Positions 8,841 through 15,576 are shown, counted from the first letter of the stretch. The stretch: DNA of 24,272 bases from a virus (IMGVR_UViG_3300040985_000790:1-24272), one strand, 5' to 3'. The notes: generated by a model not told the origin, from the letters alone. Program-made: numbers and translations.

Positions 8841-10454
8841 TTACAGCCAATAAGATTTCCTCTGCTTGACATATTGATTGAGGTCTTCCTCTTCATCCCT
8901 ATCATCTGTGTGGATAAGGTGCCATGAATCCCTTATGTACATCACTGCCATAGTACATGCATCCACCATATCATCATGTCTTGCGTTGGGGAACTGGAGG
9001 AGTTCATCTACTAAGGCATTGCCCCAGTCTGTGTTGGGGACCCATACCTGTCCATTCTCAAAGTAGGGGGATGCTGCATACACCCTTGAAATTTTATCAC
9101 GGTCTGGTAGATATTCAAGGATAGGGATACGGCTCCTCTTCAAGTCCTGTATCAGGGACTGACCAGAAGCTTTCTTTTCTATTATACATATATCAGGTTT
9201 GTAATCATTGAATAACTCTTGGGATAATCGACGTAGGTCAGGGTACTCATACCTTCCATAGTTATTCCCTAAGAGGATTATGTTTGGGATGGCAACTTCC
9301 CTGCCTGTCTCCTCATCTTCCTCGTAATAGGTGAAGACCCCCCATGTTTGTATGACTGAGTTATCTGCTGTGTTTGCTGTGGAGAATGCTGTGTCATATG
9401 TTTGGATGACGAAGTCACATATTGGGGGGTCATCTGCTTCCCAACGCTGTATCCATTTACGTTTAATGATGCCACCCTCATCTGGTGTGGGGTCCTGCAT
9501 ATAGAGTGCGTTCCAGTATCTTGAACCTTCTGAAGCTTTGATCTCTTGCTCATCTAGTCTGAGTATCTTGTCTGGTTTCCATTCGGGGAAGTAGGAGGAA
9601 CCTACAGGGAGGTCAAGGAGTTGGGCAGCATCCTCATCTAACCATGCTGGGATACGGATGACATCCCACTTTAACTCTAGGCCGAACTCTTCCTGCTGAC
9701 GCAGTAACCACCCACATATGTCATCGTAGTGGTATCTGGTGTTGATGATGATGATTGCCCCATTGGGCATGACACGGGTTCTGAGGCCAGAAGGATACCA
9801 CTCTTTAATGTACCTACGACCTGCTTCGGAGATGGCATCTTCTTCGGACATGACATCATCCAACAGGGCCACATGGGCTCCCCGTCCTGCAATCTGTGAC
9901 TTGACCCCTGCTGCATAGTATGACCCATTCTTATTTGTTTTCCATTTCCCTGCTGCTTTTACATCTGCACGGAGGAATACCCCTTTGAATATTTTACTGT
10001 AGTCCTCAGAGTTAACCAAATCCCTTACTGATCTGCCAAAGTCAGAGGCTAGTTGATCTGCGTGAGAGACAGACATGATCTCATGTGAAGGGAAATGGCC
10101 TATGTACCATGCAGGGAATAGCTTGGAACAGACAACACTCTTCGAAGAACGTGGGGGGAGGAAGACCATCAGACGTTTGACTGACCCATCAACTACCCCC
10201 TGTAGTTTATGACAGAGGACTTCAATATGCTTCCCCATCTTAAAGTCAGGGACAAGGCGGGGGGCTTCCCTTCTGACGAAGGTAAGGAAATCCTTATTAC
10301 ATTGTTGATTGGCTAACTCAGCCAAGGCATTACGGAGGTCTTGATATTTCTTCAGGGAATGCTGGGAGAGTTCTTCAGTACCCTTTACCTTTTTTATTTC
10401 TTCCACAGAGGGAGGTAGATGTTTATCGGGTTCTGGTTTAAGTTTTGTAACCAT
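8841..10454 (-). CDS. terL: terminase large subunit
   Basis: Walker A 'PPRSSKS', Walker B 'ALLDD', 'NTRYH.DD', 'LYMQDP', RNase H acidic residues 'YDTA', 'IEKKASG', 'HDDMVDA'. Confidence 0.95.
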   Translation of the reverse strand: MVTKLKPEPDKHLPPSVEEIKKVKGTEELSQHSLKKYQDLRNALAELANQQCNKDFLTFVRREAPRLVPDFKMGKHIEVLCHKLQGVVDGSVKRLMVFLPPRSSKSVVCSKLFPAWYIGHFPSHEIMSVSHADQLASDFGRSVRDLVNSEDYSKIFKGVFLRADVKAAGKWKTNKNGSYYAAGVKSQIAGRGAHVALLDDVMSEEDAISEAGRRYIKEWYPSGLRTRVMPNGAIIIINTRYHYDDICGWLLRQQEEFGLELKWDVIRIPAWLDEDAAQLLDLPVGSSYFPEWKPDKILRLDEQEIKASEGSRYWNALYMQDPTPDEGGIIKRKWIQRWEADDPPICDFVIQTYDTAFSTANTADNSVIQTWGVFTYYEEDEETGREVAIPNIILLGNNYGRYEYPDLRRLSQELFNDYKPDICIIEKKASGQSLIQDLKRSRIPILEYLPDRDKISRVYAASPYFENGQVWVPNTDWGNALVDELLQFPNARHDDMVDACTMAVMYIRDSWHLIHTDDRDEEEDLNQYVKQRKSYWL

Positions 10455-10469
10455 TAAATCCTTTTACCC

Positions 10470-10829
10470 TTAGTGGGGTTTAAGTTTAATTTTTTCAGGG
10501 TCAAGTCCAAATTCATCCTTATGCATAAGGATTAAGTTGTTCCTGAAGTTGGATAGTTCCTGTAAGGCATTGTAGAAAGAGTGACGGAGGGAGGCAGAGT
10601 TAGGACTATCCCCAAACATAAGTGGGGTCATTGCAACAATCTCCATCAACTCTTTTACTGTTAGGGTCAGGACCTGTAAGGAACCTTCTGTACTTATGAT
10701 AGGCTTGTCCATCATCTCAGAAGCTTCACTTTCCTTTATGTTGAACACAGAGGCAAGGTCCTGTATAACTTCTCGTCTTGATATACCTTCTAAGTCTTCC
10801 ACTAGGTCTTTGACTTCTTTTATTTTCAT
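10470..10829 (-). CDS. hypothetical protein (candidate terminase small subunit by position only)
   Basis: 119-aa helical ORF with GAGGTG RBS directly upstream of terL; no diagnostic motif recognised. Confidence 0.65.
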   Translation of the reverse strand: MKIKEVKDLVEDLEGISRREVIQDLASVFNIKESEASEMMDKPIISTEGSLQVLTLTVKELMEIVAMTPLMFGDSPNSASLRHSFYNALQELSNFRNNLILMHKDEFGLDPEKIKLKPH

Positions 10830-10872
10830 GATTCAACTCACCTCTATGGGAAGAATATCGGGTATAAGATAA

Positions 10873-10901
10873 ATACTAGCATACTCTCCATAGGGAATCA
10901 A
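10873..10901 (-). promoter_or_regulatory. sigma70-like promoter TTGATT-N17-TAGTAT (extended -10 TGn)
   Basis: 17-nt spacer, AT-rich UP-like tract upstream, heads the leftward arm. Confidence 0.55.
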
Positions 10902-11207
10902 CAAAGTTTTCATAAAAAATAATAGAAAAATAATTTGTCAGAACATGGGAATGGTGTTACCCTAAGAAGAACGGGGGTAAACCCCTATAGAGTTAGTAGG
11001 GTTAGTGATTATAATAGGGTTATGTGGTGGTTACACAGGACTCTACTGTCTACTATCATCCCTTACAGAAGTATGTAAGGGTAATAAAGGTAATCCTCTA
11101 ATAACTATTAGGGTAATCAATAAATATATGGTCACATATGTAGATATATTGCACATATAAAACAAACGTGTTCAATATAATCTATTCCTTAAGCCGAAGG
11201 CTTCGCC

Positions 11208-11293
11208 TTGGCTATATCCCCTAGAATTTTTATAAAAAATATTTTATATACATAGTCAATTTCCATAGTTGGCTACATTCCCTAGAATTTTTA
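11208..11293. repeat. 25-bp direct repeat TTGGCTAYATYCCCTAGAATTTTTA x2
   Basis: 11208-11232 and 11269-11293, 23/25 identical, in an AT-rich non-coding region. Confidence 0.85.
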
Positions 11294-11370
11294 AAAATTT
11301 ATTTGAGTAGTGTATATATATCACACGCATGCCCACACATTTGCGGGGTGGGGTCCCTAAGGGGACCCGA

Positions 11371-11506
11371 TGTGACATAAATGACACACCACACTCCTTA
11401 GAGTGTGACATATTTGCAACACTTCCTCCTTCGGAGGACTTCGTTAACCCCACCCTAAAGGGTGACTGTGTCATTTCTGCCACACTAGTGTGACATTTCG
11501 GCAACA
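11371..11506. repeat. four 18-bp TGT-N12-ACA pseudo-palindromes (TGTGWCAT-N4-GNNACA)
   Basis: 11371-11388, 11404-11421, 11467-11484, 11489-11506. Confidence 0.85.
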
Positions 11507-11685
11507 CTGCATGGCTCAGTAGAGCCACCTTTTCCCCCCATCAGACTAGCTAAGTAGCTAGAAACAAACCAAACCCTCTATTATGAAGGGTTACACCATC
11601 CACCATCACATCATCACGTCATCACCCACCAGACCCTGCGTCCCATCCCGCAGTCTAGAAAGGTAATCGACTAGGTTTAGACTAC

Positions 11686-11736
11686 TTAGGTATACACTAA
11701 GAGAGAGTTCTTACGAACTCTTAGATGTATACCTTA
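11686..11736 (+). repeat. intergenic hairpin family, copy 1
   Basis: TTAG-GTAT-ACACT-N24-AGATGT-ATAC-CTTA. Confidence 0.9.
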
Positions 11737-11752
11737 AAGGAAGGCTGACCAG

Positions 11753-11911
11753 ATGAATTACAAGGATGCTATTGCCCCGATGTTGCTCTTAGCAACAGTA
11801 GTTGGAATTGCAGTGTTCGGCATAGATGCCATTGGTTACATTCATGAATGGGAAGTTGAGAACGACTTTCCTTATGGAAAGTTATGTGACCTCTACCGCA
11901 ATTGCAGATAA
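11753..11911 (+). CDS. 52-aa small membrane protein (MNYKDAIAPMLLLATVVGIAVFGID...), not in ORF track
   Basis: AAGGAAGG RBS right after hairpin copy 1; one hydrophobic segment. Confidence 0.65.
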   Translation: MNYKDAIAPMLLLATVVGIAVFGIDAIGYIHEWEVENDFPYGKLCDLYRNCR

Positions 11912-11932
11912 GCAAGGCTTCATAATAGAGCC

Positions 11933-11961
11933 TTGACATTCCCCCTTCGGGGGACTACAAG
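11933..11961 (+). promoter_or_regulatory. candidate early promoter TTGACA-N17-TACAAG
   Basis: perfect -35, 17-nt spacer (containing a CCCC-TTCG-GGGG hairpin), -10 lacks the final T. Confidence 0.45.
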
Positions 11962-11976
11962 ACCTTACCCAAACCA

Positions 11977-12028
11977 TTAGGGTATACACTGAGGGAGAGT
12001 TCTTACGAACCCTCAGATGTATCCCTTA
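11977..12028 (+). repeat. intergenic hairpin family, copy 2
   Basis: TTAG-GGTAT-ACACT-N24-AGATGT-ATCC-CTTA; compensatory changes relative to copy 1. Confidence 0.9.
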
Positions 12029-12039
12029 GAAAGAGGACG

Positions 12040-12237
12040 ATGACGATGACCGATACACAAATTGCCGTAAACCAATTGAACCATGAACTGTTCCTAAAGA
12101 ACAGCCCATTCGAAGCTGTCGCTGAAGACTTCGGTAACGAAGTTATGCCCCATGTTTCAGTGTGGAACACTGCAACTGGTGACTTCTTCGGCTCCTTTGA
12201 CGATGCCAGTGAAGCTTCCTTTGCCTTGAAGGTGTGA
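12040..12237 (+). CDS. hypothetical protein
   Basis: 65 aa, AGAGGA RBS. Confidence 0.7.
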   Translation: MTMTDTQIAVNQLNHELFLKNSPFEAVAEDFGNEVMPHVSVWNTATGDFFGSFDDASEASFALKV

Positions 12238-12324
12238 CTGTCTGATGGCTCTCATAATAGGGAGCCATCTAATAGTCCCATCCCCCTTTCTCCTTTAGGA
12301 GAACAACTACGGAGTATTGAAACG

Positions 12325-12516
12325 ATGTTTACCCCTGAGGAACTAACGTTCCTTCGACACGTTGTAAAGCACACAAGCCTAGCATGGGTTCGTGAGCATA
12401 ACATCAACATACCTGTTGATAACCCTTATGACGAATTGGAATGGATTGGGGACTTCTATGACAAGCTCATGGAGCTTGACCCTGTTAAGATGCCTGTTCG
12501 TTTTAAACTCGGATAA
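12325..12516 (+). CDS. hypothetical protein
   Basis: 63 aa, GGAG RBS. Confidence 0.7.
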   Translation: MFTPEELTFLRHVVKHTSLAWVREHNINIPVDNPYDELEWIGDFYDKLMELDPVKMPVRFKLG

Positions 12517-12544
12517 CCAACCCTCCTGAAAGGAGAAACATACA

Positions 12545-12838
12545 ATGTCCTACTACGTTACACTGTCTGTAGACAGTGAGAACAAGATCGGTTCCATAAA
12601 GGAACTGCGTCTTGCCTTCTGCCCCTCTCTCGTTGGCTTAAAAGAAGCCAAAGAGACTATTGAGTGGATTATCACTCATGGTTGGGGACACACCCCTGAT
12701 GGTCGTCTGATCATCTCCGATGATATGGCTGCTGCTGCTGCCCTATCCACCTTTGTTGGTAATCACCAACACATTAACTTTTGGGGTTTCGAGAAAATCG
12801 AAACTGAACCCAATGTTTACAGGGTTCCAACCCGCTAA
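12545..12838 (+). CDS. protein with ribosomal bL12 (L7/L12) C-terminal-domain-like motif
   Basis: 'NKIGSIKELR...GLKEAKETIE' matches the bL12 CTD pattern K(I/V)xxIKxxR...GLKEAKxxVE; AAGGAG RBS. Confidence 0.7.
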   Translation: MSYYVTLSVDSENKIGSIKELRLAFCPSLVGLKEAKETIEWIITHGWGHTPDGRLIISDDMAAAAALSTFVGNHQHINFWGFEKIETEPNVYRVPTR

Positions 12839-12847
12839 CATCCAAAT

Positions 12848-12880
12848 AGCCTGACAAGATTAACATCTTGTCGGGCTTTT
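12848..12880 (+). terminator. 13-bp stem-loop with short U tract (AGCCTGACA...TGTCGGGCTTTT, copy A)
   Basis: AGCCTGACAAGAT-TAAC-ATCTTGTCGGGCT-TTT just after the stop codon. Confidence 0.55.
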
Positions 12881-12892
12881 GGTGGTATAACC

Positions 12893-13048
12893 ATGAAAAG
12901 CGGTTACGTTATCTATCCCAACAGTAACCTATGGTTAAGCAGAGGGATGGTGCAAGTCTATAGAGTCCGATGTAGACCTAAGGAGCTGGTAGACCTGCAA
13001 CTGCACGGCAGTACACCTGTAGATGTTCCAAATATGGAACCGGAGTGA
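12893..13048 (+). CDS. 51-aa hypothetical protein (MKSGYVIYPNSNLW...), not in ORF track
   Basis: GGTGG RBS-like site; fills the gap on the coding strand. Confidence 0.45.
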   Translation: MKSGYVIYPNSNLWLSRGMVQVYRVRCRPKELVDLQLHGSTPVDVPNMEPE

Positions 13049-13120
13049 TGTGAAATAAAATCACCATAGGTGAAGCTGATAATCAAAGGCGGCGTTTATT
13101 ACCTTTAACCGGAGGTTAAG

Positions 13121-13393
13121 ATGAAAAAGTTTGTTATAAACATCTTCTTAATCGAAGATGGTGAAAACTCTGCTTTGCAGATTTGGAAAGCCACTAAAAA
13201 AGGTAAACCCCAACCCTCTTGGGTTGAAGTAAGGGGTAATGTTAACTGGTGGAGTAAGGACTCCACCTTTTGGAAGGTAATCGACATTAAACGTATCAAC
13301 TCTTCAGAGTTGTTTGCTGGTCGTACTACCTGCCTGATCCCTGAGTGGGATGGATGGGAGTACGTTGCTTCCATCTTGGAAGAACAACCCTAA
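13121..13393 (+). CDS. hypothetical Trp-rich protein
   Basis: 90 aa, GGAGGT RBS. Confidence 0.75.
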   Translation: MKKFVINIFLIEDGENSALQIWKATKKGKPQPSWVEVRGNVNWWSKDSTFWKVIDIKRINSSELFAGRTTCLIPEWDGWEYVASILEEQP

Positions 13394-13397
13394 ACCC

Positions 13398-13448
13398 TTA
13401 GAGATACACTAATAGACGACTCTACGAGTCTATTAGATGTATCACTTA
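13398..13448 (+). repeat. intergenic hairpin family, copy 3
   Basis: TTAG-AGAT-ACACT-N24-AGATGT-ATCA-CTTA. Confidence 0.9.
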
Positions 13449-13470
13449 AACATAGATTGGAGAATTTGAA

Positions 13471-13785
13471 ATGACGAGCAAAGTTATGTATAAGTCCCAT
13501 AAGGATGGGATGGTCAACGTCGATGAAATGAGTGAAACTCACCTTCGGAATGCTTTTAAGAAGCTCATCCGTGAGGGCCTCACCCCAGAGGGTGAAGTGG
13601 TTGTCGATAAAGTCAACCCGAAGTCAGCTACTAAAGCCCTAAAGGCTTTGGACACTGCCAAACAAGCCATCACCTTGATGGGTACTGCGGCCTCTACAGA
13701 GGGGACGGATTGGTGGGAGAAAGCCATTAATGGCATGACCAACATCCAAGTCCAACTCAATACTTATATTGAGGAAGATGCCTAA
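13471..13785 (+). CDS. hypothetical protein
   Basis: 104 aa, GGAG RBS; N-terminal 'DEMSETHLRNA' motif. Confidence 0.75.
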   Translation: MTSKVMYKSHKDGMVNVDEMSETHLRNAFKKLIREGLTPEGEVVVDKVNPKSATKALKALDTAKQAITLMGTAASTEGTDWWEKAINGMTNIQVQLNTYIEEDA

Positions 13786-13808
13786 CTGTTCCTAAAGGAA
13801 CACCACAT

Positions 13809-13847
13809 AAGCCTGACAGGTGCTGTGAAAAGCCCTGTCGGGCTTTT
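13809..13847 (+). terminator. stem-loop with short U tract (AGCCTGACA...TGTCGGGCTTTT, copy B)
   Basis: same outer stem as 12848-12880, different apex. Confidence 0.5.
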
Positions 13848-13904
13848 ATGCGTTAAAAGCGATAAAGTTATTTTATCGTTTCTGACGCATAACCGGAGGT
13901 TATA

Positions 13905-14135
13905 ATGCAAGTTGAACGTACTTCCCTCATCACAGGTAACGTGTCCACTATGGACATAGACGTTACACAGGAAGCACTGGTGCTTTATGCAAGTGGCACC
14001 GTCCTTATTCAGGACGTTTTCCCTACCTTGTCATTAGATGAACGTGAGTTCATCAAGACTGGTATCACTCCAGAGGAGTGGGATGCAGCCTTCCCTGATG
14101 AAGATGATGAATACATCATCGACCCACCATTTTAA
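13905..14135 (+). CDS. conserved phage hypothetical protein
   Basis: 76 aa, GGAGGT RBS; 'IQDVFP.LS.DEREFIKTGITPEEW' motif familiar from aquatic phages. Confidence 0.8.
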   Translation: MQVERTSLITGNVSTMDIDVTQEALVLYASGTVLIQDVFPTLSLDEREFIKTGITPEEWDAAFPDEDDEYIIDPPF

Positions 14136-14143
14136 TTAAACCC

Positions 14144-14195
14144 TTAGGTGTTACACTAATAGACGACTCTACGAGTCTATTAGATGTAACCCTTA
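14144..14195 (+). repeat. intergenic hairpin family, copy 4
   Basis: TTAG-GTGTT-ACACT-N24-AGATGT-AACC-CTTA; 37-nt core identical to copy 3. Confidence 0.9.
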
Positions 14196-14199
14196 CAAA

Positions 14200-14421
14200 A
14201 TGAGGCCAAACCAAATGATGATTGTCCATTACGACAGCAAGAAATTGCTGAAAGCTGCCGTTGGTGAAGCCCTTCGGTATACCGAAACCTCCATGTTTGG
14301 ACCTGAATACAAGTCCGATGGCCGGTTCTGTGTGGCAAGACGACCCCACCTACAAGGTGGTGGCCGTGAGTTCTTTGCCGAAGTAACGATGTCTGACGAC
14401 ATCATAATTGATGTGAAATAA
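14200..14421 (+). CDS. conserved phage hypothetical protein (start may be 14215)
   Basis: 'Y.SKK.LK..VG..L.Y.ETSMFGPEY...REFFA.VTM....I..VK'. Confidence 0.75.
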   Translation: MRPNQMMIVHYDSKKLLKAAVGEALRYTETSMFGPEYKSDGRFCVARRPHLQGGGREFFAEVTMSDDIIIDVK

Positions 14422-14435
14422 GGAGTATATATCAT

Positions 14436-14639
14436 ATGAAGAAGCGTTCCTACCTTGGTGTAAACACCATCTCTCGCTCCCGTTTGTATAAAAAGCGGTG
14501 GGGCATCCAACTTCTAAAGAAGTCGATTGCCTTCCATACCGGATACGATACTTTGTATCTGTTCGCCCCATTCACCTTCTGGAACTTACGTTCCATCAAT
14601 GATTGGCTGGGGTTTGTCACTGTTCATACTGAACCGTGA
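14436..14639 (+). CDS. hypothetical basic protein
   Basis: 67 aa, TAAGGAG RBS. Confidence 0.65.
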   Translation: MKKRSYLGVNTISRSRLYKKRWGIQLLKKSIAFHTGYDTLYLFAPFTFWNLRSINDWLGFVTVHTEP

Positions 14640-14706
14640 GAGCTTTACATGGGGGATACATTAGTGTATCCTCCTTATAAAGCCCTTACCCTTGATCAGG
14701 CTCTAA

Positions 14707-14780
14707 GGGCAGGTGTGGCGTACCTTGTTCCGAGATTCCCTAACGGGATTAGTCGACACTCGACAAGGTACGTCATGCCC
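14707..14780 (+). ncRNA. candidate structured ncRNA upstream of the tRNAs
   Basis: GGGCA/TGCCC, TGGCGTACCTTGT/ACAAGGTACGTCA, CGAG/CTCG and apical TCCC-TAAC-GGGA pairings; no ORF. Confidence 0.4.
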
Positions 14781-14796
14781 CGGTTACATTATTTAT

Positions 14797-14872
14797 AGGA
14801 CGGTAGCAAAGTCTGGTAATGCAGCGGATTGCAAATCCGTAATCGTCAGTTCAAATCTGACCCGTTCTTCCA
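14797..14872 (+). tRNA. tRNA-Cys (GCA)
   Basis: acceptor AGGACGG/CCGTTCT, anticodon arm GCGGA-TTGCAAA-TCCGT, T arm GTCAG-TTCAAAT-CTGAC, U73, encoded CCA. Confidence 0.92.
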
Positions 14873-14874
14873 TT

Positions 14875-14942
14875 TAGGTATCTTTAGATACACCGGAGAT
14901 ACGGCTAACGCCTAAGAAAAAGGTCGTATCTTTAGATACCTA
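14875..14942. repeat. two copies of the palindrome GTATCT-TT-AGATAC bounding the inter-tRNA spacer
   Basis: 14878-14891 and 14926-14939; outer TAGGTATCT/AGATACCTA can also pair. Confidence 0.8.
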
Positions 14943-14947
14943 TCTTT

Positions 14948-15021
14948 GTTGGTATAGTTCAATGGTAGAACAACTGATTCCAAACCAGTAGATGTGGGTT
15001 CGATTCCTACTACCAATGCCA
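14948..15021 (+). tRNA. tRNA-Trp (CCA)
   Basis: acceptor GTTGGTA/TACCAAT, D arm GTTC-AATGGTA-GAAC, anticodon loop TTCCAAA, T arm GTGGG-TTCGATT-CCTAC, G73, encoded CCA. Confidence 0.92.
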
Positions 15022-15042
15022 ATCCCAACCCTAAAGGAGGGT

Positions 15043-15225
15043 ATGATGAAGAAAGTTAAAGTCCATACCCTAAGCCAAAGGCTTAAACCAAAGGGTAAAC
15101 GGAATGCTATCCAACAACACTGTTGGAAGCGTGGTCACTCAGTAGAGGGTGACAAACGTAAGCTGGAAAGCCGTAAGGCTTGCCGTAAACCTTTCCAAAG
15201 GGGACATGATGATAACCATACGTAA
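15043..15225 (+). CDS. small basic hypothetical protein (true start after the tRNA)
   Basis: AAGGAGG RBS before ATGATG; 60 aa, Lys/Arg-rich, 'DKRKLESRKACR'. Confidence 0.65.
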   Translation: MMKKVKVHTLSQRLKPKGKRNAIQQHCWKRGHSVEGDKRKLESRKACRKPFQRGHDDNHT

Positions 15226-15358
15226 TAAATGGATACTCCAACTGTTTGGTTGGAGGGACCGCCGTAAAGATAAAAGCATTGGTAATGCCTTCCCTTCCTA
15301 CGTTACAGCAGGTAAGGGACTGTGGTTGAAATGGTTTTTGTTACAATTCAAACCCTAA
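15206..15358 (+). CDS. 50-aa hypothetical protein
   Basis: AAGGGGA RBS; short overlap with upstream ORF. Confidence 0.55.
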   Translation: MMITIRNKWILQLFGWRDRRKDKSIGNAFPSYVTAGKGLWLKWFLLQFKP

Positions 15359-15369
15359 AGGAGGTATAA

Positions 15370-15576
15370 ATGGCATCTGTTAAACTTAAGCCCAACACCA
15401 ACCGATTACGACAGTTATGTCGTGATCATGGTGATGTATGGGACACTGACCCAATTGCAGGAGCATGGCTAATGCCATGTTTCAAAGGTGAGTTGGGTAT
15501 AACAATTATATCTAAAGATAAATCCCATCACCGTAATGTCCCATTCAGTATATGTGAGGTGCTACATGATGAATAA
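15370..15576 (+). CDS. hypothetical protein
   Basis: 68 aa, AAGGAGGT RBS. Confidence 0.75.
   Translation: MASVKLKPNTNRLRQLCRDHGDVWDTDPIAGAWLMPCFKGELGITIISKDKSHHRNVPFSICEVLHDE

Noticed and set aside
118-9928. Plus-strand and alternate-frame ORFs over the structural genes (e.g. 2361-2711, 2780-3238, 6168-6491, 7664-7981)
   Set aside because: Shadow ORFs of well-supported genes, lacking RBS or recognisable motifs.
11371-11506. Mini-CRISPR or canonical CRP sites
   Set aside because: Units are 18 bp with irregular 4-45-nt gaps; CRP sites are TGTGA-N6-TCACA (16 bp), 2 bp shorter than these.
11256-11528. 90-aa minus-strand ORF in the junction
   Set aside because: Overlaps the palindrome array, has no clear RBS, and its repeated 'MSH' words merely reflect the DNA motif.
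11596-11630. CAYCATC low-complexity run
   Set aside because: Short, imperfect and single-locus; cannot be distinguished from slippage noise.
13106-13118. N4 virion-RNAP hairpin promoter (C-GGA-G loop)
   Set aside because: The hairpin is on the coding strand rather than the template strand for the downstream genes and coincides with the Shine-Dalgarno sequence; the head module is not N4-like.
14992-15042. N-terminal extension of the 77-aa ORF
   Set aside because: Overlaps tRNA-Trp; the real start is at about 15043 after AAGGAGG.
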